Assembly: GCF_009914755.1 (NCBI RefSeq)
Contig: NC_060944.1
Strand: one strand, 5' to 3'
Source: the human T2T-CHM13v2.0 reference genome, Homo sapiens
Length of the DNA stretch: 64,000 nt
Shown here piece by piece: positions 53,111 through 64,000 of the stretch (the stretch's first letter is position 1; each line of letters starts with the position of its first letter). Made by a program: the position numbers and the translations under genes. Below the pieces are notes generated by a model. The model was given only the letters and a program-made list of their open reading frames with translations. It made no database searches and had not been told where the DNA came from.

Positions 53111-56100
53111 ATGCTGTATAAGCATCGCATCCCCAGCTTCTGGGGCTGGGCCTGGCAGGGAGGGAGCGGTCGTTCTGCTGGCTCAGGGCTGTGTAATGGG
53201 GGCTCAGACTCTGGCTGTCGGAAGGGCAAGAACTGGGTGCCTGGGCCTCTTTCGGGGCTCCAGCTTATTTCTGTTTATTTTTATTTTCTCACCTTGTTCC
53301 CTTTCCCTCGACAAAGCTTGACTCTTCCCAGGAAGCTATGCCCAACTGCCAGGGATCCCATAGCCTCCTTGGCTCACCAGCCCTCTCCAGTATAATAGAT
53401 TACCAACGGCCCTACCCCTGCCGCACAAACCCTGCACAGAGGGTGGTCTCCAGTGCCCCTGGGAGCAGCTGAGGCCCTGGCCCACCTTGCTCACCAGGGT
53501 CTCCCCAGCCCAATATGTAGCAGGAGTCCATACGTGTCTGGTGCAGGGCTGGCTCCCAGGCCATCCCCATTCCTGAGAATGCAGACCAATTGTTCCAGGC
53601 ACATCCAGGCCAGAGGAGCCCACCCCAGGTGCCGGGCCCATGTGCAGCGTGGGGAGGGGCTCAGTACGGGGAGCAGGTCCCCACCTTCCTGCTGAGTATG
53701 GTAACCTGTGTGTCCTCCATCTGTGGAACGGGGACAGGAAAGGCCCACTTTGTAGGCAGTGAGGCCTGATGCCCCTAAGGCCACCCCAGGGACTCTCTTA
53801 GGAACCTCACGCTGTGACCCTCCCAAAGCAAGGCACAAAGGCAAGCAATTTGCCCCAGGTCACACTGCTAGGAAGTAGGGGCAGGATTGGAACCCAGGCC
53901 TTCAGAGACACCTGAAGGGCCCTGGAAAACCTGTCCCTCACTGTGGGCCGAGGCTGGCAGATCTGCCCAGGAGCTTGGCAGCATTGACCTGGGAGGCTGC
54001 GGCCGCTCGACGACGATCCCTGCAGACCCAGCCCCTCACACCCACGCTCGAAGCCCCCAAAATAACTTGCAGAAAACTTGTTTGTGCAAGAGATGGAAGG
54101 CAGAGCTCATGTACAGAGACAACATTTGCAGTGTGCAATTAAGCTGCTTTGCAGCGATGTGGAAATGGACCCCCGTTAAAGGAATAGATCCACTAAATAC
54201 ATACTTAAGATACTGGAGTGTTTGTAATTGCTATCTTCATAAATTCCTGATCTCGTCATGCTTCTCCACAGGGGCGATGAGCACTTGATGGAGTAGCTTC
54301 TGAATGTCCTCCTTGCTATTGAGCAAACAGTCTAACGAGGCAGTGCTCACGGTATTCGTGGTACCATGTTGATGCCGACCTTTCCTTGCAGTAAGCCTCC
54401 CAGGGAAAGTCAGTCCTCTCTGATCCCTGCAAGGTGCTGAGGCCCAGTCTCCACAGCATGAATTCCATGAGCTCCTCCCACGCTCCGCTCCCCGGCTCTG
54501 CAAAGCCCAGGGTGTTCTAGTGCCCGTGTAAGCATAGGTGCTGAGGTTGGGAGGCACCCCTCAAAATGAATTTCTCCCTATCCTGCCTGGCTTTCCGGGA
54601 ACCCTGGACCTCTGAAATCATTGAATAGGATGCTAGGAAATTCTGCACCCTGAGTTAACTTGGGTTCCCTTTAATATGTTAAGCACACAGTCTCTGCCCT
54701 GGATTGCAAGAGATAGGACTGGGGGAGGTGGGGCAGAAAAAGCTAGTGGTGGCTGAGCTACGTACGAAGTCCTGTCTAACCCCAAGGCCACGATCACAGG
54801 CCTGACACATCCAGCCACGAAAAGCAATAACAGAGCATCCCAGGGTGGCTGCTGTGGAGGGCGTGGGGCTACCTGTCATGAGTCTCGTGTACGATGCTTT
54901 GTGCCCACGAAGGATTTGCCCAGGCTTAGTGGCCTCTGTGATAACTCCAGTAACATCTATGCTGGTGAGCGGGGAAGCCGCCCGTCGCTGTTTTCTAGAA
55001 CAATCAGAGCTCTTCAGCTGGACTTCACCCTCCACCACATCGGCCCAGGGAGGCTCCGGGAGACAGGAGGAAGACGCAGCCTCTGTCCTGAGCCTCTGAA
55101 GGTAAAACCACATGAAATGAAACTCCCTGGATTGCAGGAGCCTGAAGACCCCCTGATGAAACCTCCTCAGAGTAGAGAGCCCGCCTGGTTGGCATCTGTT
55201 TTAGCAAAGGTACAGAAGCAGCCTGGAAAGCTGAGAGATTGTGCTTTCGACGCCCGGAGGCCCGGCTGAGGGAGGTCCAGGCCAGAATTAAAATAAACCA
55301 AAGGAACACCGGTTTTCTGATTTTAAATCTTTGAAACTGTTAATCCTAGATTATCAAATGCAAAATATGCCCCAGCCAGAAATGCAAAGCTCCCACTTGC
55401 CCAGGTTTGGAACCAGGACTGTGTTTATCTGTCCTTGGTTATCCTGGCTGCTCCGTGAGCCGCAATGCCCGCGTTCATTTGTTAAAGCTTCCACTTCTCT
55501 CAATTTACAAAAGAAGGTTTAAGGAAGCAATTTCACTTGGCCTCGGCACCAAGGAGCTTAAAGTCGCATAAACCCAGGGAAGCTGCATTTCAGAACAAAC
55601 TAGGAGGTTCCCCAAGCGGCTCCCAGGAAGTCCAGGAGCAAGCACCCCGCAGAAGGGCAGCTGGGGGGCCCTGGGTTTGTGACCTGGAGTCTGTCCCGTG
55701 GCAGCCTTGGGAAGAAGCAGGTTATCTCCAGGAGGTGCCACCATCATCTTCCCAAACCTAAACTTAACAATTGTCTTTGCTTTCATCATCATTTGCCTAA
55801 TAATATTTCCCCTCTGTGATGTTCACAGAGGATAAAACACACAGCAAGATTAAAGAGTTTTCTCAAATCGCTCCCTGATTTTCTAAATAGAAAAGGGGCC
55901 ATTCTGGTAGCAGAGTTCAGCTGAGATTCTTAGGAAAAAAGCGATGGAGAATTCTATTTTCCACTTTCTTAAACACCAAACTTATTTTCTTTTATCCTAT
56001 GAGATGTTAATTCTTATAATAACTGAGGCTATTATATATGTGCAAACTGGAGTTATAAAAAGTAGCTACTATCACAGATAGAACCCATTCTCTCTGCTCC

Positions 56101-56996
56101 CTGAGACTTATTCAAACAACTGCTTGAGCCGAAATACGCTCCATGTGTTTCCTGCCATGGGTGAGTGGCTGGGGAGGGCTCAGAAGCCACCCTAAGGCAG
56201 GCGGGCATTGGAGGGGATGATGGCGCTTGGGTGAATCGCACGTTAAATGGGGGGGGGCGGTTTGTGGGTTTGCCAAGGGGGCAGACACCCTCACAGGCCT
56301 CAATTCATCACCTGCCACACCAGTGGGGCATGACCCGCTGCTGACACAGAGCTGGGCCCAGGCCTGGGACACTCCCATCAGCAGGCAGCCCTGAGCTCGC
56401 CCGCATCCCCATCCCCCTGCCCGGTGGGGACGCTCAGGGGTCATTTATGTTTGTTCCCTGTGTGTGCCACCCATTCTCATTTCTGCAAGTTAATTCGATA
56501 TCATGGCAGTGGCTTGGGGTAAAAGGTGCCAGAGAACACCAGACAGCAGGCCTGCACCTACAGGAAAGGCTTGGCCGCCGCATGGAAGAGCATCTGTTTC
56601 CGTTAAAGTGAAATGTTCACTCCTTGGCTGGGCACATGGCGACCCCCACTTTGTCTGACTGTGTTTCACCAGCCAACCGCTGGTCCTCTCCCAAACCTGC
56701 TGATACCTCTATCCCCTACATCCTTGGGCGCAGCCCTGATACCTGAGTCTGAACCCCAAATCACATGTTTATGTGAGCTCTTGCAGGAGCAAGATCAGGA
56801 CCCCAAGGCAGGGGCCCCCGAGTGAGTGCCCCTCACCGGGCCCAGCCCCGCTAGGTCCCGGGCTGCACCCAGCTCTCACCTCTGTGCCTTGCTACGCTGC
56901 CGCCTCTGCCTGGTTGCTCTCTGGGCTTAGCCTACCCAGATCCGAGCTCTGCCTTGTTCCCAGTTGGTCCGGGAAGGCTTCCCCACCCCCCAAATG

Positions 56997-57121
56997 GATC
57001 TGCTGGGGCCTGAAACACTCCTAGGCCCACACAAGACGCGGAAAGCAACTTCTCGCTTTTTTTTTTATTTTTATTTTTTTAAGAGACCTCGTTCTATTGC
57101 TCAGGCTGGAGTGCAGTGGGG
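56997..57121 (-). repeat. Left arm of an inverted duplication (copy of 58194-58325: Alu 3' end, tail and flank)
   Basis: gatctgctggggcctgaaacactcctaggccc...aagagacctcgttctattgctcaggctggagtgcagtgggg is the reverse complement of 58194-58325, with 5 substitutions outside the homopolymer. Confidence 0.93.
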
Positions 57122-57488
57122 TATGCGCTCCTCCTGGGCTGCCTGTCCTGCGCACTTTGTCACCTTCCCACGTGTGCTTTCTTCCACACTGAACAGTGAG
57201 TGCCCCGAGGTCACAGGTGTCTGCGCGTTCATCTCTGAATCCACGGCTAGCTATGCCGGGGCATCCACACGTGCCGCCTGCCTGGACAGTGGGTCAGCAA
57301 GGTCCGTTCCCACCAGCAGGGAGGAGGCCAGGCTGCTGAGAGCAAGGGCTTGAATTAGGAACTGGGTTAGAGAGTGGAGGCCAACGCACTGCGAATGCCT
57401 GGGTTGTCTCCCAGGAGGCCATAGGGAGCCAGCCAGGGTTCTGAGCAGCAGCAGGACACACGCTGAGCTCACAGTTGGGACTTCTTGA

Positions 57489-58261
<773 letters not shown>

Positions 58262-58931
58262 AAAAGCGGGAAGTTGCTCTCCGCGTCTTGTATGGGCCTA
58301 GGAGTGTTTCAGGCCCCAGCAGATCTCTTGGGGATTCCAGGATGGTGGGCGGAAAGGAGCAGGTGGGCTTTCCAGGCAGCCCTCTGTTTATCCACACCCC
58401 CTGCGCCACCCCACCCGGCAGTCCAAGCAGAAGGTGACGCATGTCGTCCTAACTGATGGCACAGAGAGCAGGGGGCTCTCTCGGACCTCTGCTTATCCTG
58501 CGTCCCAGCCTGGCCTGCAGGGGCTGCTTAGGGTGAGCCCTTGGAACTGTCGGGAGACCTGCTGGCACTTTCTGAGGTGGGCAGCACGGCAGGAGCCATG
58601 TGGCTGCGCCCCACATGCCCTGAGCAGACAGAGGACCCTGTCCAGATGGGCTTTTGGGCTCACTGCTGCAGCCCTTTCCCCCATCCTTGAGCTCTGGGGT
58701 CTTTGTATCTGCAAGGATGTCACCTCCGCTTCCCAGATAGACCCCCTCAGACAGCCCCACGGCCAGGCCCTGTAGGGACCAAGGTAAGTGGACACGAGAG
58801 TGCATCAGAAGCCACCGCAGGGCAGCTGAACCGGTGCTGGCCCAGAAACTGCCCCCTTCTAAGAAAGAGAGAGAACCAGAGCACATGGATGTTGGCACAT
58901 GCTGCTCGGCTTCCAGATGCATGAGCACGCG

Positions 58932-59001
58932 TCGCTCGCTCTGCCCCGGGAGCGTTCCATGCATTCGCTCGCTCTGCCCCGGGAGCGTTCCATGCATTCG
59001 C
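58932..59001. repeat. 33-bp tandem duplication
   Basis: tcgctcgctctgccccgggagcgttccatgcat x2. Confidence 0.9.
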
Positions 59002-59721
59002 ATTCTGCAGCCTCCCTCCACACTGTGATTTTCCACGTCTCCCCAAATGCGTCATTAAGATGATCACATGCATTTACAAAGGCGGCCGGGCTGCAGCCCA
59101 GCACCCGCTTCATGATGACAGCACTGCACCCCCAGCACTGTTTTGCCATGATTTAGTACTTGTGTACACCAGTTATAAGAAAGTATCACTTTTGATAGCC
59201 TTGTGGGTTTTCTCCCCTCCGCTGCTGATTGGTATAATTTATATGAAGGCTCTAAGCCCCCTGCCAGGCTGGGACTGCTGGTGATACACATATAATTACA
59301 AACCCTTCTTCCCAGCTTTGTGAACTTCGAGGAGGAAAGACGTTTTAAAGGTGCTGTTTTAGTTGTGCTGATGAAATGCATATTCATTTAGGGGGCCTGG
59401 TGGTTATTTAGCTGTTATTGTTCAGCAGGCCTGGTCCTCAGGTACCAGACCAGGCAAGGAGACACAGGGTGCGGGGCTGCTGATCTGATCCCGCGACCTT
59501 GAGCTGTGTGCACACCTGCCCGTGAAAGGCCTTGAGCCAAGCCCAGGGGTGGCCACCTCCTGACTTTTCCCGGGGACCGTGTCTGGCCACTTCCTCCTCC
59601 CGCACTCTCCCATCCCCTCAGCTGCACCTTGCTTCAGACTCGGGGGGTCCTGCCTCCCGCTGTGGCTTCCTATCCTCTCCACTTGTCTTCCCAAACCGGT
59701 TTTGCCCAGAGGGCCCAGGTC

Positions 59722-59869
59722 ACTTGGCATCCCCAAGACCGCCTTCCACCTACACAGCAACCAGCGGCTCTCACTGGCTGCTGCCTGGCATGAGAACTTG
59801 GCATCCCCAAGACCGCCTTCCACCTACACAGCGACCAGCGGCTCTCACTGGCTGCTGCCTGGCATAAGA
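59722..59869. repeat. 74-bp tandem duplication
   Basis: acttggcatccccaagaccgccttccacctacacagc... at 59722 and 59796. Confidence 0.92.
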
Positions 59870-60649
59870 ATGCCCTGTGTCCGTGGGGGACGTATGCAGC
59901 CACTGCAGATACCACTGAGGCCAGGCTGGTGATCTGAGGGACAGCCACGCAGCTGCGGGCCTCCGGGCACCTGCCCACCTCAAGGCCTTCACATTCAGAT
60001 TTTTTAAAACCTGTTCTGGTCAAACCAAAGTCACCCAAGGAGGCTCCTCAGCAGCCATTTGCCCAAGGGTCACTCTGTCCACACCGATCCTCACGTCACC
60101 CTCACAGCAGTCCCACTGCACCCGCTGAGCAGAGGGGAGCTGAGGCGGAGGGGGCAGGTGGAAGTTGTGGCCAGGCCACGGGGCTCCCACACAGCAGTGC
60201 CAGCATCGCCGCCCCCCATCCCTCTTGTGTTCTTGCCCTCGCAGCCCCTCAAGGCCTGGAGGCAGCTTTGCTTTGAAACCCCTGGGTTACTGCATACAGG
60301 AGCTTTCCCCTCCCAAGACCCTCATCAGCTTTCTGAAGCCAAGTTGCCTCTGCCCTGACCTTCAAACCTTCCCAGGATCAGCTCAAGGCAGCCAGGCAGG
60401 GAGGCTGTGCCCCCTTCAGGCCCAGGACCCTCTGTCCACCTGGGGAAATATGACATGCAGGTAGAAATAGGACAGGCTTTGCGGAGTGAAATAAAAATCC
60501 TTAAAATCCTGTTGTGTCCTGGGCTCCAGGTACAGTGCTGGGCCTCAGCATATCCTGTAGTTCTAGGATTTGCGGGGCAGTTCCCGCTACCCCCCGCCCC
60601 AAAGCTTTCACCCCCTGCCAGCTCCCACTCCCCAAGATCCCAGGTCCCT

Positions 60650-61128
60650 AGATGCCACTGTCCCGCTCCCTACCCAGCCTCCACCTCCCAGATCCCACTG
60701 CTCCAGTCCCCTCTCACTCCCTACACAGCCCCCACCCCAGCCCAGATCCCACTGCTCCAGTCCCCTCACTCCCCATGCAGCCCCCACCCCAGCCCAGATC
60801 CCACTGCTCCAGTCCTCTCACTCCCTACACAGCCCCCACCCTAGACCAGATGCACTGCTCCAGTCAGTCCCCTCTCACTCCCTACACAGCCCCCACCCCA
60901 GCCCAGATCCACTGCTCCAGTCCCCTCTCACTCCCTACGCAGCCCCCACCCCAGCCCAGATCCCACTGCTCCAGTCCCCTCTCACTCCCTACACAGCCCC
61001 CACCCCAGCCCAGATCCCACTGCTCCAGTCCCCTCTCCCTATGCAGCCTCCACCCCAGCCCAGATCCCACTGCTCCAGTCCCCTCACTCCCTACGCAGCC
61101 CCCACCCCAGCCCAGATCCCTGCTCCCT
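60650..61128. repeat. About 54-bp C-rich minisatellite, about 8-9 copies
   Basis: Unit cccagatcccactgctccagtcccctctcactccctacacagcccccaccccag, starting at about 60687, 60741, 60793, 60845, 60902, 60955, 61009, 61059, 61111. Confidence 0.93.
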
Positions 61129-62504
61129 GATGTTCCAGGAGGCAGAAAGGTCCAGTCCTGCAAGTGAGGAGGACGCAGTTAAGGAGATGTCACCTCAGCC
61201 AAAACTGCTTCCCCGGGTTTTGGGCTTACACCTGTGCTTCCTGAAAGACCCTTGGGGGGGTCTACTTTGGATCTACAGGAAGGTTTTCCTCTCCTGGGAA
61301 AAGCAAAGGAAAAAATCCTACAATTGTAATCCAGCTCAATTTTACAACCATTTCCCAGGCACCTGGATGGCCTGGGTACCATGTACCCGAGAGAGATGGC
61401 AGGAGATAAGTGTTACCCAGACATTAATGAGTAACACACCCTGTGGTTCTCCAGCCAGGTGGGCCCTTCAGGGCAGGCTCTGCCCCGCCTCCTTGTGTGG
61501 GGTGCAGACAGGATTCCCCAGGCTCTTCATGAGCAAGTGGGGAGAACGTTCCACCCAGCGAGTGATGGGTCTGAAAGTGATTTTTGGCTTGGATAGTTAC
61601 TAGATTTTGTTTTTCCTTCTTTAGGAGGAAGGTGGGGCTCTGCGCTTTTATTTTTAAACTTCATCTCATTAATGATTTACTTATTTGCAGTAACTCTGCC
61701 TTCAGACTTTCTAAGGCCTGTGCTCTAACGTACTGATGAATTATGTGTTCATTACGTGAGTCCTGCATAAAAAACATCTCGATGCCTAGAAAAATTGCTT
61801 GTGTAATAGAAACCTTTGTCATTTATTCATTTTAATATAATAACCGTCTTGTCTTGTGGGTGAGTATGATTATCGCACCTCTGATGAGAGCAATAATGTG
61901 GGAGACAGTCGTTTTTACAGAGCAGAGCTATTGCTGTGTTTAGATTATCAGAATTTTTATTATGGTGCTAAAATAAAACTGATAACAGGGGAAAAGTAGC
62001 AGATACACCTGTAGTTCCCAGGGTGTCTGAGGCAGAGAGCCGCAGCGAAGGTGTGGTTCGGCGACCTCGCTATCGATCTACAAGGTATTCCGTGGTGCCT
62101 CCTCTGTGCACACAGCCACACGGCAGGGAGGGGAGGGTGCCAGGTGAGGGACACCATGGCGTCATCTGAGGGTGGAGCAGTCAGTGGGAACATCTAGAGG
62201 CACCCCCGACGCCCCTGCTTCCCCATGGAGCATCTGCATAAGTACTTCTGGGCTTCACTGAGTTTGGGGCGGGAAAAGGTCAATTTTCATCAGGTATGGC
62301 CCACCAAAGGGCACTGAGTTCATCAAAAGGCCAGCTGCCCATCTGATCCTTCTCCCTAATGGACGAGGGCTGCCTAGCCCAGGTCAGACTCCGGCCACAA
62401 CAGGGCATGCCTTCCTCCCGTGATCTGTGAACACAGTATTGCCAGAGGAGCAGGTCGAAGATCCCAGGTAACCCAACTGCCGTCACCTCCAGCACAGGTG
62501 TGCT

Positions 62505-62770
62505 GGCCAGGGCTTCCAGAGAAGCAGAACTGGGGAATGCAGGTGCAGGGAGAAGGAGATTCCATTTAAGGAGTTAGCTAGGGCGACCATGGAGGCTGGT
62601 AAGTCCTAAGATCTGCAGCCACAGTTCCGGTCCCAAAACTGTCTGATGGAGAATTCTCTTGCTTGGGGAAGGCTGGCCTTTTCTTTCTATTCAGGCCTTT
62701 GACTGATTGGATGAGGCCCACTCACACTGTTGAGGGCAGTCTGCTTTACCCAGAGTTGGCCAGTTTAAAT
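62505..62770. mobile_element. MLT2-type ERVL LTR fragment
   Basis: ggaggctggtaagtcctaagatctgcag...tattcaggcctttgactgattggatgaggcccactcacact...ctgctttacccagagt. Confidence 0.75.
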
Positions 62771-63805
62771 GGTGTTGGTGATGGTGATGATGATGATGAT
62801 AGTGGCGATGGTGTTGATGGTAATGGTGGTGATGATGGTGTTGATGGTAATGGTGATGATCATGGTGATGATGGTAGTGGTAGTGATGATGGTGATGATG
62901 GTGATGATAGTGTTGATGGTGGTGATGGTGTTGATGGTAATGGTGATGTGATGATGGTGTTGATGGTAATGGTGATGGTGGTGATGGTGTTGATGGTAAT
63001 GGTGATGGTGGTGATGATCATGGTGATGATGGTAGTGGTAGTGATGGTGGTGATGATGGTGATGATAGTGTTGATGGTGGTGATGGTGTTGATGGTAATG
63101 GTGATGGTGATGATGGTGTTGAAAGTAATGGTGATGGTGGTGATGGTGTTGATGGTAATGGTGATGGTGGTGATGATCATGGTGATGATGGTAGTGGTAG
63201 TGATGGTGGTGATGATAGTGTTGGTGGTGGTGATGGTGTTGATGGTAATGGTGATGGTGATGATGGTGTTGAAAGTAATGGTGATGGTGGTGATGGTGTT
63301 GATGGTAATGGTGATGGTGGTGATGATCATGGTGATGATGGTAGTGGTAGTGATGGTGGTGATGATGGTGATGATAGTGTTGATGGTGGTGATGGTGTTG
63401 ATGGTAATGGTGATGGTGATGATGGTGTTGATAGTAATGGTGATGGTGGTGATGATCATGGTGATGATGGTAGTGGTAGTGATGGTGGTGATGATGGTGA
63501 TGATAGTGGTGATGGTGTTGATGGTAATGGTGATGGTGATGATGGTGTTGATGGTAATGGTGATGGTGGTGATGATCATAGTGATGATGATGGTAGTGGT
63601 GGTGATGGTGGTGATGACGATAGTGGTGATGCTGATAGTGGTGATAAGTGTGTGATGGTGATGAAGACGGTGGTGATAGTGATGTTGGTGTTGATGGTGA
63701 TGATAGTGGTGATGGCGTTGGTGGTGATTACAGTGATGATGATGGCAGTGATGAAGGTGAATAATAATGTGATGATGATGAAGGTGATAGTGATGATGGT
63801 GGTAG
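62769..63805. repeat. About 1-kb degenerate (GAT/GGT)n array with 120-159-bp higher-order units
   Basis: Marker atcat at 62859, 63017, 63176, 63326, 63455, 63575. gaaagtaatg at 63121 and 63271. Confidence 0.95.
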
Positions 63806-63824
63806 AGGAAGAGAAAGCTGCAGC

Positions 63825-64000
63825 CACCTTGTCTTGAGCACTTCCTATGAGTCATCTGAATTACAAACATCTTTGTTTTAATCCTGTCAAGAATTTTCAT
63901 GCAGTAGGTGTCATACCCACTTTATAGATGAGGAGACCAAGAATTAAGAAGGTCAAAACTTGTCCAAAGATACACTAAAATGTGGCAGGATGAGGACTTG
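63825..64000 (-). mobile_element. MIR fragment
   Basis: ttgagcacttcctatg...tttaatcct...cccactttatagatgaggagacc...aacttgtccaaagatacac. Confidence 0.75.

Noticed and set aside
62663-63900. Poly-Met/Val, Asp/Gly and Ile/Thr/His ORFs of 330-346 aa (similar ones at 34194-34791)
   Set aside because: Low-complexity translations of (GAT/GGT)n arrays with no splice or domain evidence.

Overview
This is primate, almost certainly human, genomic DNA lying inside the CDH4 gene (R-cadherin/cadherin-4), transcribed on the + strand. The only coding sequence I can support is one 180-bp internal exon at 11924-12103. It encodes the end of the prodomain, the RRRKR convertase site and the mature N-terminus [12 protein letters not shown], and from my recollection of the gene structure it is exon 4. 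Everything else is intronic: about 13 Alu copies or fragments, L1, L2, MIR, MaLR/ERVL LTR and hAT fossils, and an unusually dense set of GC-rich minisatellites and degenerate microsatellites. The hundreds of listed ORFs are repeat or GC artefacts. I see no CRISPR array, structural RNA gene or prokaryotic system. The most interesting signals are non-coding: (1) a 27-copy 62/63-bp VNTR in which every unit carries a K50-homeodomain (OTX/CRX-type) site plus a position that toggles between CAGATG, CAGGTG and CCGATA, with two other E-box-amplifying tandem repeats nearby; (2) an E-box-palindrome/CCAAT/GC-box module resembling the E-cadherin promoter, in the upstream intron; (3) an inverted duplication of an Alu tail plus its flank; (4) a four-Alu hairpin with about 600-bp arms; (5) a symmetric exon with a weak acceptor whose skipping would remove both the cleavage site and the adhesive Trp2. 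All functional readings are inference from motifs and need testing.
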